Shown here: positions 1 to 8,251 of the stretch, piece after piece
Layout: each line of letters starts with the position of its first letter
Position numbering within the stretch: the stretch's first letter is position 1
Assembly: GCA_028866575.1 (NCBI GenBank)
Contig: JAGWHU010000001.1
Location: 197-64,196, forward strand
Reading direction: 5' to 3'
Source: Candidatus Micrarchaeota archaeon
GTDB lineage: Archaea > Micrarchaeota > Micrarchaeia > Micrarchaeales > Micrarchaeaceae
Length of the DNA: 64,000 bases
The notes under the pieces: model-generated
The model's database searches: none
Told to the model about the DNA's origin: nothing
The model's input: only the letters and a program-made list of their open reading frames with translations
Made by a program: the position numbers and the translations under genes

Positions 1-720
1 TGAATACGATTTTATTGGCATTCTGGTGCGAAACTATGTTTGATATTAGGGGATCGTCTTTTCTGTAAGTAGCAACCTTGACCAGGTCGCCAAGTATGAA
101 TCCAGGGGTGTCCTTGCGCGTAGCTATAACATTTAGTACCTCGGATCTTTTTTCGTATCCGTAGGTTCTTGAAGGCTGCAGGATTATGTTGCTTATCAGG
201 AGCCATCTTGGCATTGGATTGTTTACTGTCCTTAGGTCGTTTTCGAATTCGTTGAGGTGCCTATTTGCCTTATGGTGCATTTTGAACATAGATATCGCTA
301 TTTTCTTGTTTTGCGGGATGGCGTTATTCCCTGGGATACAAGATGACGCCGAACGGTTTGTATTGATATGCCAAATTCCTCTGCAATATCCTTCATTGTT
401 TTCCCCTTTTCGTTAGGGGCATTTTCAAGATATGCCTTTTTTATTTCTGGGGCAATGGAGTTATAGTTTAACGGGGTGCCCCGCCTTGCCTTTATGTGGT
501 GCTTTTTCATGAAGTTTGAAACGGTGATTTGGGTCGTATTGAGAAGGGCTGCAAGCTGCTCCTACGTCGAAGTTTCATAAAGCCTCTTTATAAGCGCCGC
601 GTAATCGTCAGGGATCCTCTTCTGGTTTTTGTGCGATACGATTCTGGATCCGGCAAGGCGCAGCAGTTTGGCATATCCCTCTGCATTATGCGATTTGGCG
701 CGTAGGGTATCTGTCATCGG
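1..720 (-). mobile_element. Degraded IS-like transposase N-terminal region (HTH domains), interrupted by an in-frame TAG and probably a frameshift; truncated by the window edge
   Basis: Minus-strand reading frame from ATG at 717 encodes two HTH-like segments (…EQLAALLNTTQITVSNF… and …KDIAEEFGISIQTVRRHL…) typical of IS630/Tc1-type transposase N-termini. An in-frame TAG sits at 564-562. The downstream ORF 12-206 is in another frame. The ORF track splits it into 70-aa and 64-aa pieces. Confidence 0.4.
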
Positions 721-828
721 CAAATCATCACTTGTCTTTACTTTTACTAATAGTAAATAATAGTTAGTAATGCGTTTTTAGTAATATTTATAATTATCTT
801 ACAGAGAGGTTTGAATTCACGAAGATGC

Positions 829-1296
829 TTATTTCGGCAAATTTACTTTAATTTCTAGGTTGCTAATTTTTGATTTAAGAATGTCTATATCTTTCTTTTC
901 CTCACCTGCATTAAAATAGGACAGGTACGTAACCCCATTGGAAATAAATTTTAATGAATAATCCGGGCCGAGTATGAACTTTCCTATTTCTGCATTGGTT
1001 ATGCTAGACCAATTAATATGATCAACTTTTAGCCCTAGCCTTTTTATTGTTTCCGCAGTAGGGCTGGCCCTTAATTCCTTACGCAAATTATCTATTTTCA
1101 TCTGATCTTTCATCATTGGCGAGGGGAGACCATGACCAGCACCGACAGAATTGCCTCCCCACAATGTTAGGATATCATAGGCCTTTCTGGCATTTGAAAA
1201 TTCAACAAAAGTAATTACAACGATCTCATCTTCCGCGAATATCAAGTCTTGATAACGGTTTTCTGTTTTAAATAATACATCATTCATTATTACCAA
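829..1296 (-). CDS. hypothetical protein (155 aa), AT-rich
   Basis: ORF with no recognisable motifs. Lies in a markedly AT-rich segment between the IS remnant and tRNA-Leu. Separated by 3 bp from the upstream membrane-protein ORF (operon-like). Confidence 0.45.
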   Translation of the reverse strand: MVIMNDVLFKTENRYQDLIFAEDEIVVITFVEFSNARKAYDILTLWGGNSVGAGHGLPSPMMKDQMKIDNLRKELRASPTAETIKRLGLKVDHINWSSITNAEIGKFILGPDYSLKFISNGVTYLSYFNAGEEKKDIDILKSKISNLEIKVNLPK

Positions 1297-1299
1297 TTG

Positions 1300-1674
1300 C
1301 TACTTAGTTATAAAATATGCCTTAACATTTTTTCTAGTCAGATAATATATTACGACCGACGCAAGTACGGCTTTTACTAACACGTTGATTACTGTAGATA
1401 TAGGGTTAATTAATACGCTTAAAAAAGTAACAAGTATTATTAATATGGGGTATAAAATTGCAAGCGTCCAACCCCATTTAATCCTCGTCCAATAACCGTA
1501 TATTACCATAACACCAATTATGCTCAGGACCAAATATAGTATTCCGACAATCAGATAATAGGAACCTGCTAAAGAAAGACCATAAGCTACAGACAAGTAG
1601 TATATCGCCACAAAAAACGTCAATAACATCAAAATGGTGATGCCTAGTGGTCTCTTAGGTATATTTGCCACCAT
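1300..1674 (-). CDS. small multi-pass membrane protein (124 aa), paralog of the 3103-3501 protein
   Basis: Four hydrophobic segments. Shares motifs with the 3103-3501 product (GYW…KWGW vs GFW…DWGW; C-terminal YYLTRKNVKAYF vs YYITRRRVKRWF). Confidence 0.5.
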   Translation of the reverse strand: MVANIPKRPLGITILMLLTFFVAIYYLSVAYGLSLAGSYYLIVGILYLVLSIIGVMVIYGYWTRIKWGWTLAILYPILIILVTFLSVLINPISTVINVLVKAVLASVVIYYLTRKNVKAYFITK

Positions 1675-1787
1675 TATTCATATTGTAATGTGCATATTTT
1701 TAAATGTTAGTAATTTGATTCTGGCAGTTCAAATCTTCTTCTGAAAATCTTACTTATGAATACTATCTTGTCATCTGTTTCCATGTG

Positions 1788-1896
1788 TGCAGGGGGTGAG
1801 ATTTGAACTCACGAAGGTGCTAGACCACAGGATCTTAAGTCCTGCGCGATTTTCCGTGGCATAGCTTCTTGCCAGACCAGACTCCGCAACCCCTGC
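1788..1896 (-). tRNA. tRNA-Leu (anticodon UAA) with a putative ~23-nt intron at a non-canonical D-loop position
   Basis: Minus-strand sequence GCAGGGG…CCCCTGCA forms a 7-bp acceptor stem. T-arm GTGAG-TTCAAAT-CTCAC. Anticodon arm CAGGA-CTTAAGA-TCCTG. Long variable arm. The 109-nt length is about 23 nt longer than a mature class-II tRNA. The excess maps between the D-stem halves GCGG…TCGC. Confidence 0.6.
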
Positions 1897-1897
1897 G

Positions 1898-2635
1898 TTA
1901 AGCATACATCGATGGGCCCGTGCTGTCCACAGTCTTCTTGTAATTGTCGTGCGTTTCCTTGTGCTTGTTTATCAGCTCCCTTATTTTTACCTCCACAGCT
2001 TTAGCCTCCTTCTCCAGCTCAGCCACGTCTATATTGAGGTTCATGAGCTTGTTTATGCTTTTTATCGCTATTTCAGCATATATGGGATTTATCACGTTCT
2101 GCTTCACCGGTACCATTATGTCTATCGCATTCAGTGAGTTTATGGAGGACCTGATGAGCAGCATGGCGCTTACTCCTGTTGCTACGCCCTCGTTTATGGA
2201 CTTAAGTCCTGCGTCCTGCGCCTTCTTCAGCGACTTGGAATTTGAAGCAACCACGAAAGGAGTGTCGTTCCCGTCCTGCTGCATAGGTATGCCACCAATC
2301 GAATATACGTCGGTGATTCCGTTTTTCTTTATGAAATCGTACACCGAATCGCTGAGCGCGGATACGAGCTCTATGGTTATTGCAAACTCTGCAAATATCG
2401 TTATGATCCTCTCTTTCTCGGAGCAATACACGCGTATAGGCGGCATCGGCTGGCTCTTGTGTATTGAGATCAGCGGCGGAAAGTTTTCGCTTTCCATGTA
2501 GCCCACGTATTTCATCTGCAGCTTGTCTATCATGTAGCTTATTGTCATTGGTCCGACTAGCCCCGCGCCAGGAAACCCCTCTATGAAAGTATAGCCTTTG
2601 AAGTTTTTGTCCTCGAAAAGTTTTATCTCGATCAT
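1898..2635 (-). CDS. PAC2-family protein (proteasome assembly chaperone-like, ATP-grasp superfamily)
   Basis: 245 aa. N-terminal …FIEGFPGAGLVGPMTISYMIDKL… matches the PAC2/DUF75 signature (GxPGxGxVG). Paralog of the 59740-60537 product. Confidence 0.7.
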   Translation of the reverse strand: MIEIKLFEDKNFKGYTFIEGFPGAGLVGPMTISYMIDKLQMKYVGYMESENFPPLISIHKSQPMPPIRVYCSEKERIITIFAEFAITIELVSALSDSVYDFIKKNGITDVYSIGGIPMQQDGNDTPFVVASNSKSLKKAQDAGLKSINEGVATGVSAMLLIRSSINSLNAIDIMVPVKQNVINPIYAEIAIKSINKLMNLNIDVAELEKEAKAVEVKIRELINKHKETHDNYKKTVDSTGPSMYA

Positions 2636-2774
2636 CGTATCACAGCATATATCCTTTAGCCGTAAAGTATATTAAAACAACACGCATTTTTATTCCTCGA
2701 AATCCCGTCGTCAGGAAAAAACACGTTGTTGCAAAAAAATGGTAATTCCTTTACTGACGGTATATCGACGATAG

Positions 2775-2783
2775 TTATTTAAA
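2775..2783 (+). promoter_or_regulatory. TATA-box-like element (TTATTTAAA) ~35 bp upstream of the 2814 start codon
   Basis: AT-rich octamer at the expected archaeal distance for a short-leader or leaderless transcript. Confidence 0.35.
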
Positions 2784-2813
2784 CCTATTCTGAGATAAAA
2801 GCTTGGTGAATTT

Positions 2814-3038
2814 ATGGCAGAAAGAATAGGCTCAGAAAGGCTACAAAGAGAAGACGGATATCTTTACTTCCTAGGTAAGGATGGCTTCGTATGGAGGACT
2901 CCAATGAAGACAAATCCAAGAGGCCGTAAGGCAAAGATTGGGAGTGAAAAGATAAGGAGGGAACAGGGATTCCTCTACTTCATAGACAAGAGCGGATATG
3001 TAGCAAGGGCAAAAATGAACAGGAAGGGAAGGAGATAA
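2814..3038 (+). CDS. small basic protein (74 aa) composed of two tandem ~32-aa repeats
   Basis: ERLQREDGYLYFLGKDGFVWRTPMKTNPRGRKAKIG is repeated as EKIRREQGFLYFIDKSGYVARAKMNRKGRR. Lys/Arg-rich. Confidence 0.5.
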   Translation: MAERIGSERLQREDGYLYFLGKDGFVWRTPMKTNPRGRKAKIGSEKIRREQGFLYFIDKSGYVARAKMNRKGRR

Positions 3039-3102
3039 TTAATTACTTTTTCTTTTATTCCTATTTTTTATATTTTTTCTGTGATAGTTAACCAGTGGTC
3101 TG

Positions 3103-3501
3103 ATGGCCAGAGGTAAAAAGCGTAGAGTAACGGATTTCACCAGAGGCAAGAGGCCCCTGGGAGTTGCACTTATCACGGTATTTGAGGTAGTTGCGGCACT
3201 GTACATGTTGTTAGGTGTTGTTTCGTTCAGCGCCATAAGGCATTTTATGGGCATGGGCAATTTTGTCGGAATGATAGCAGGGTTTGGGGGCGCAATCCTT
3301 CTTTTAATCGGGATTGTGCTGCTTTTTTCTGCATATGGTTTCTGGAGCGGAAGCGATTGGGGCTGGTGGCTGGGAATTGCAATATCCGGTTTTCTCATAT
3401 TCAGCATAGTGTTCCTAAACGTTTTGGGCCTTGTGCTTGGGCTTGCAATGGTATATTACATTACCAGAAGGCGCGTCAAGAGATGGTTCGGGGTTTTATA
3501 A
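3103..3501 (+). CDS. small multi-pass membrane protein (132 aa), paralog of the 1300-1674 protein
   Basis: Basic N-terminus then 4 TM segments. Shares WGW and YYITRRRVKRWF motifs with the 1300-1674 protein. Preferred over the overlapping antisense ORF 3039-3407. Confidence 0.55.
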   Translation: MARGKKRRVTDFTRGKRPLGVALITVFEVVAALYMLLGVVSFSAIRHFMGMGNFVGMIAGFGGAILLLIGIVLLFSAYGFWSGSDWGWWLGIAISGFLIFSIVFLNVLGLVLGLAMVYYITRRRVKRWFGVL

Positions 3502-3900
3502 TCGGTTTAGCCTTGCCCCAATTCTTATCTTGTATTTCTTAACCGCTCCAGCATTGAGTTCCGCCACGTATTTTGCCTTTGCAACAGGCACATATGGTTT
3601 GCAGCCAAGGAAAGATTTACATGGCTTGAACCCTTCCATTATATCAACAACGCACAGCTTTCCGTCAAACCAGACAACATCTATTGCGAATTGCATATTG
3701 TACATCCATATCCCGTGGAAACCCTCGTAGGGAAATACGAAAAGCATGCACTTTCCACTCCCAAGGCTTTTCCTGAACATCAGCCCTATCATCCTCTTGG
3801 CCTCGCTGTCCGCAATTATGGCCCTGAGCCTCTTCCCGTTTATTGATATTGCTTTTTCCCTGTATTTCTGCATCCTGTAAATTAGCTTCAGCAGCAACAC
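3496..3900 (-). CDS. DUF192-family protein (COG1430)
   Basis: 134 aa. MIGLMFR…MLFVFP…IWMYNMQFAIDVVWFD pattern is typical of DUF192. Confidence 0.6.
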   Translation of the reverse strand: MLLLKLIYRMQKYREKAISINGKRLRAIIADSEAKRMIGLMFRKSLGSGKCMLFVFPYEGFHGIWMYNMQFAIDVVWFDGKLCVVDIMEGFKPCKSFLGCKPYVPVAKAKYVAELNAGAVKKYKIRIGARLNRL

Positions 3901-3904
3901 ACCA

Positions 3905-5533
3905 CTATTTCGTTATTGAGACGCTTTGCTCCCTCATGAACTGCTGCAGATAGAACTTGCTGCCCGTGCCCTTCCCGGTAAGGGCGCTTCCCTTCCATCC
4001 GACGAACGTGTGTACCCCTACGATAGCACCGGTTGTGGCGCTTATTTCCCTGTTTATGTATATGACCCCCGCATTTATGTTATCGATAAACCTCTTGATT
4101 TCCTTCCCGCTCTTGCTGTAGAATCCTGCAGTGAGGCCGTATTCCGTATCGTTGGCAAGTCTTATCGCATCGTCCAAATCTGAGAAGCTTTCTATTGTAA
4201 GTATGGGAAGGAAGAGTTCCTTGTGCACGAGCTCGTTGTCGTGGTGCACCTCTATTATTGTAGGCTCGACATAAAATCCGTCTGCAAACCCGGTTTTCAC
4301 TATGTTGCCTCCATATAGTATCCTTCCGGAGGTCTTTGCCTTGCCTATCATCTCCGTATAGCGCCTGAACGCGCTTTCGCTTATTATAGGGCCTATGTAT
4401 ATGCCTTTTTCCAATGGATTTCCTATCTTTAGCTCCATCACCTTGCTTATAAGCTTGCTTACGAACTGCTCCTTTACTGACTCGTGCACGTAAACCCTTG
4501 AGAGCGCGCTGCACTTCTGGCCCGCGAATCCGAACGCCGCGCTGGAAACCCCGGCTACGGACCTGTCAAGATCCGCGTTCTTTGATACTATGGCAGGGTT
4601 CTTCCCACCCATTTCTACTATGAACACCTTCTGCTTCCCCATGCTGAAGCACTTCGATACCATTGACATCCCAGTAATTCGCGAGCCCGTAAATGCGATG
4701 CCGGATACGTCTTCATTTGTCACGAGCTCGTCACCAACCACAGAGCCGGGCCCTGTCACATAGTTGAATACACCTTCTGGCACGCCGGCATCCTTGAAAA
4801 GCTCATATATCTTCAATCCGGTAAGCATAGTCATGTTGTCCGTTGACGAGGGTTTGAAAACAACGGTGTTGCCAGTTATTAGCGCTCCGACGCTCATGCC
4901 TATCGATATGGATATAGGGAAATTGAACGGCGCTATGACCCCGAACACCCCGTAAGGCTTCATTGAGATCTTTATCTTTTCTGCGCCTGAAGGCGCACCC
5001 TGGAACCCGGAATCCACGCCCTTCCGGCTTTGCATTATCTTGTTGCTCCTGGAATACCCCTTGTTTATGGCCATTTCATTGGCGTAATACCTCATGAAGT
5101 CTATCGCCTCGTCCACTTCGCCGATAGATTCGTATCTTGATTTCCCGTTCTCGTAACTAAGTATTGCTGCCACTTTGAATTTCCTTTCCGAAAGAAGGTT
5201 TGCGGCATTTTCAAATATAGCCATTCTCTGCTTGTAGGGAGAATTGGACCATTGCCCAAATGCCTTTTTAGCTTCAGATATTGCGAGTTGCGCGTGCTCC
5301 TTGGTGCCTTTCTGGAAGGTTCCGAGAACCGTCTTGAAGTCTATTGGGGATTTTTCTTCTATGCGCTCGTTAGAGTATACCTCTTTTCCGCCTATGTACA
5401 TCGGATGGTTCTTCCCGAATTCGTCCTTTACGCCGATTACTGCATCATCAAAAAGCCTGTCGAATTCATCCTCACTTCCGCCGTCCAAATAACTCTTGTA
5501 AGTTGACTCGTTGTTAAATTTATTTTTGGCCAT
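3905..5533 (-). CDS. aldehyde dehydrogenase family protein, probably 1-pyrroline-5-carboxylate dehydrogenase-like
   Basis: 542 aa. ALDH motifs FTGS, EMGGKNP (E-L-G-G-K-S/N-P) and catalytic-Cys motif FGFAGQKCSA. Length is typical of P5C dehydrogenases. Confidence 0.75.
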   Translation of the reverse strand: MAKNKFNNESTYKSYLDGGSEDEFDRLFDDAVIGVKDEFGKNHPMYIGGKEVYSNERIEEKSPIDFKTVLGTFQKGTKEHAQLAISEAKKAFGQWSNSPYKQRMAIFENAANLLSERKFKVAAILSYENGKSRYESIGEVDEAIDFMRYYANEMAINKGYSRSNKIMQSRKGVDSGFQGAPSGAEKIKISMKPYGVFGVIAPFNFPISISIGMSVGALITGNTVVFKPSSTDNMTMLTGLKIYELFKDAGVPEGVFNYVTGPGSVVGDELVTNEDVSGIAFTGSRITGMSMVSKCFSMGKQKVFIVEMGGKNPAIVSKNADLDRSVAGVSSAAFGFAGQKCSALSRVYVHESVKEQFVSKLISKVMELKIGNPLEKGIYIGPIISESAFRRYTEMIGKAKTSGRILYGGNIVKTGFADGFYVEPTIIEVHHDNELVHKELFLPILTIESFSDLDDAIRLANDTEYGLTAGFYSKSGKEIKRFIDNINAGVIYINREISATTGAIVGVHTFVGWKGSALTGKGTGSKFYLQQFMREQSVSITK

Positions 5534-5694
5534 CCTATCAACCTAAAATAAGTAGACTAATTTCTCTGTCAACGTTTTTAGCCTTATTGCCAATGCTTGC
5601 AGTGCATGTGCATATATTGGATATAAGCATGCATGCAATTTTTGTATCTGATTATCGGTTTAAAGCATAAGGTTTTAAATACCTTGAAAATAAC

Positions 5695-5711
5695 TTATAA
5701 CTGAGTTATAA
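5695..5711 (+). promoter_or_regulatory. Perfect 7-bp inverted repeat TTATAAC-TGA-GTTATAA overlapping the TATA region ~25-35 bp upstream of sufB; candidate operator
   Basis: Seen directly in the sequence. The 5600-5640 stretch upstream is additionally rich in GCATGC palindromes. Confidence 0.45.
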
Positions 5712-5731
5712 TTATAGCAAGAGGTGCATCT

Positions 5732-8233
5732 ATGACGGATTCTTCTGTAAATGCCGAGAAAGTAGTAGTTGGAGATGAGGAGTACAAAAGGACATACGGG
5801 TTCAACGATTCGTTCGAATACAAGTTTAAGACAAAAAAGGGCCTGTCTGAGGAGATAGTCAGGGAGATTTCGGCAATGAAAAATGAGCCTGAGTGGATGC
5901 TGGAAAAGAGGCTTATAGGGTACAAGCAGTTTGTCAACAGGCCGACCCCGCAATGGGGTGGCAATCTCAATGAGATAGACTACAATGACATCTATTACTA
6001 CCTGAAGCCAACGGACAAGAAGGGCAACACCTGGGAATCTGTGCCCAAGGAGATAAAAGATACCTTCGACAAGCTCGGTATACCGGAAGCGGAAAGGAAG
6101 TTCTTTGCTGGAGCAGAGGCACAGTACGATTCTGAGGTAGTATATTCGCATATAAGGGAGGACCTTGCCAGAGATGGTGTCATATTCACAAGCACGGACG
6201 AAGCAGTTAAGAAGTATCCAGAGATTATGAAGAAATATTTTGGGACGATTATACCACCAACAGACAACAAGTTCGCAGCACTTAATACCGCAGTATGGAG
6301 CGGGGGATCGTTCATCTACGTCCCGAAAGGAGTAAAATTGAAGATGCCACTCCAGGCCTATTTCAGAATAAATTCTGAGAAGGCAGGTCAGTTTGAGAGA
6401 ACATTGATAATTGCAGATGAAGGAGCTGATGTTACATATATAGAAGGGTGCCTGCCTGCTGATGAATTAGTAAGCAAGGGAGATACTTTTGAGCCAATAG
6501 TGAATATAAACACAAATGACTCTGTTGTAACACACAATGGGACACATGAAAATGTAAGTAGATTGTTTGTGCACGAACATGAAGGGATAATGTATGAGAT
6601 AACACCCGAGTCTGGCTTTAACGGATTTAGATTAACAGGAGAGCATCCAGTGCTATGCATAAAAAGAAATGATGTTTTGGCCAAAAGGGCAAAAAGGGGC
6701 GATTGGCTACCTGAAGCTTCTACAAAATTGCTTTTGGATGCAGAACCTCAATTCATAAATGCGAATCAGTTAGATGTTGGCGACTTTTTGGTATATGTTG
6801 CACCTACTTTAAGAGAAGATGATGAATCATTAGATGAGGACCTACTTCAAATATTAGGTTTATATCTAGCAGAAGGCAGTATATCACAGAATAAAGCTTT
6901 AAGAAATATAAAATCAGTATCATTCAGCTTTGGTTATAGCAATAAAGAAGCTTCCATTGCCAAATCACTGCATTCTCTCCTTAATAAAAAAGGGTATAGA
7001 AGTTCCATATGCAGAGGTAAAGGTAAATACTACATAGTAAGTTCTTACTCAAAAGAATTAATTGAAATATGTGAAACTCATTGTGGAAATGGAGCCGCTA
7101 CAAAGAACTTATCATCAACGATAATGAAACTTCCACCAAAAAAACAAAAGATCCTCATAGATAATTATTGGAAAGGGGACGGTAGCATATATGTAAAATA
7201 TGGTAAAAGATTAATGAGAGCTGCAACGATAAGCAAAATACTAGCATTGCAGATACAGGAGATACTTGCGAGAAATGGAATATTTGCAAATCTAAATGTC
7301 AGAAAAGGATCTGATGATAAGATTTTAGGCAGAAAGATTACAAGAAAGGACCAGATAATAATAGAATATACAGAAGATAGGAATATTGGTGGAGTGAGGA
7401 GAAAAGGAAATTCCTTCTTTGTACCAATAAAGAAAATAGGCAAAAAAGATTTCAAGGGTCCTGTTTATAATTTCAGTGTGAATAAAGACGAATCTTATCT
7501 TGTTAGAGGATTTGCAGTACACAATTGCACAGCGCCGATATACATGAGTTCATCTCTGCATTCCGCAGTAGTGGAGCTCGTAGCCCATAAAAATGCGCAC
7601 ATAAGGTACGTTACCATCCAGAATTGGTCAAAGAACGTTTACAATCTTGTCACGCAGAGGGCCTTTGCCTATGAGAATGCACATGTCGAATGGATAGACG
7701 GCAATATTGGCAGCAAGCTCAACATGAAGTACCCCAGCGTGTTCCTGAAGGAAAGGGGCGCGAGGGGGGAAATAATGTCAATAGCGGTAGCGGGCCCTAA
7801 GCAGGTACAGGATTCTGGAGGTAAGATATATCACCTTGCTCCGGATACCACATCGCAGATAATATCGAAGAGCGTTTCGTCTGGCGATGGGATAACGACA
7901 TACCGCGGCTTGCTGCACATAGGCAAGAATGCGTCAAATGTAAAATCAACCGTGCGCTGCGATGCCCTGCTTCTGGATGATGAATCCAAGACCAACACGT
8001 TCCCATATATGGAGGTGAACAGGGACGACGCGACGATAACCCACGAGGCCAGCACGGGAAAAGTAGGCGAAGAGCAGCTTTTTTACCTGATGTCCAGGGG
8101 GCTCAGTGAGGAGGAGGCACTGACGACAGTGGTTCTTGGATTCCTGGACCCTCTTGCAAGGGCGCTTCCTTTGGAATATTCCCTTGAGTTGAGGAGATTA
8201 ATAAAGCTGGACATGTCAAATTCTGTGGGCTGA
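5732..8233 (+). CDS. sufB: Fe-S cluster assembly protein SufB, interrupted by a 359-aa intein
   Basis: 833 aa against ~470 for SufB. Conserved extein motif …TYIEG|C…intein…VHN|CTAPIY… (EGCTAP). Spliced product would be 474 aa. Confidence 0.85.
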   Translation: MTDSSVNAEKVVVGDEEYKRTYGFNDSFEYKFKTKKGLSEEIVREISAMKNEPEWMLEKRLIGYKQFVNRPTPQWGGNLNEIDYNDIYYYLKPTDKKGNTWESVPKEIKDTFDKLGIPEAERKFFAGAEAQYDSEVVYSHIREDLARDGVIFTSTDEAVKKYPEIMKKYFGTIIPPTDNKFAALNTAVWSGGSFIYVPKGVKLKMPLQAYFRINSEKAGQFERTLIIADEGADVTYIEGCLPADELVSKGDTFEPIVNINTNDSVVTHNGTHENVSRLFVHEHEGIMYEITPESGFNGFRLTGEHPVLCIKRNDVLAKRAKRGDWLPEASTKLLLDAEPQFINANQLDVGDFLVYVAPTLREDDESLDEDLLQILGLYLAEGSISQNKALRNIKSVSFSFGYSNKEASIAKSLHSLLNKKGYRSSICRGKGKYYIVSSYSKELIEICETHCGNGAATKNLSSTIMKLPPKKQKILIDNYWKGDGSIYVKYGKRLMRAATISKILALQIQEILARNGIFANLNVRKGSDDKILGRKITRKDQIIIEYTEDRNIGGVRRKGNSFFVPIKKIGKKDFKGPVYNFSVNKDESYLVRGFAVHNCTAPIYMSSSLHSAVVELVAHKNAHIRYVTIQNWSKNVYNLVTQRAFAYENAHVEWIDGNIGSKLNMKYPSVFLKERGARGEIMSIAVAGPKQVQDSGGKIYHLAPDTTSQIISKSVSSGDGITTYRGLLHIGKNASNVKSTVRCDALLLDDESKTNTFPYMEVNRDDATITHEASTGKVGEEQLFYLMSRGLSEEEALTTVVLGFLDPLARALPLEYSLELRRLIKLDMSNSVG
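6449..7525 (+). mobile_element. Intein with LAGLIDADG homing-endonuclease domain inside sufB
   Basis: Starts with Cys (CLPADELV…), ends …FAVHN followed by extein Cys. Two LAGLIDADG-type blocks (LLQILGLYLAEGSIS and ILIDNYWKGDGSIY). Insert is clearly more AT-rich than the flanking sufB. Confidence 0.8.
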
Positions 8234-8251
8234 CCGACCCTATCAGGTGTA

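Noticed and set aside
562-564. In-frame TAG in the transposase-like ORF as a possible pyrrolysine codon
   Set aside because: No methylamine methyltransferase or pyl genes are in view. The element also shows a frame change and is truncated. Decay of an IS copy is the simpler explanation.
1944-2501. Long antisense ORFs inside recognisable genes (1944-2501 in PAC2; 4080-4514 in ALDH; 26178-27209 opposite the thermosome; 42195-43085 opposite gyrA; 31833-32465 opposite the SPFH gene; 16409-16897 opposite surface/membrane genes)
   Set aside because: The opposite strand encodes well-conserved proteins with clear family motifs. These shadow ORFs are low-complexity (Ser/Leu/Arg-rich) translations typical of antisense frames in GC-moderate coding DNA.
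3039-3407. ORF 3039-3407 (-) overlapping the 3103-3501 (+) membrane protein
   Set aside because: The plus-strand product has a clear paralog (1300-1674) and a coherent TM topology. The minus-strand translation is Pro/Ser/Leu-rich and low-complexity.
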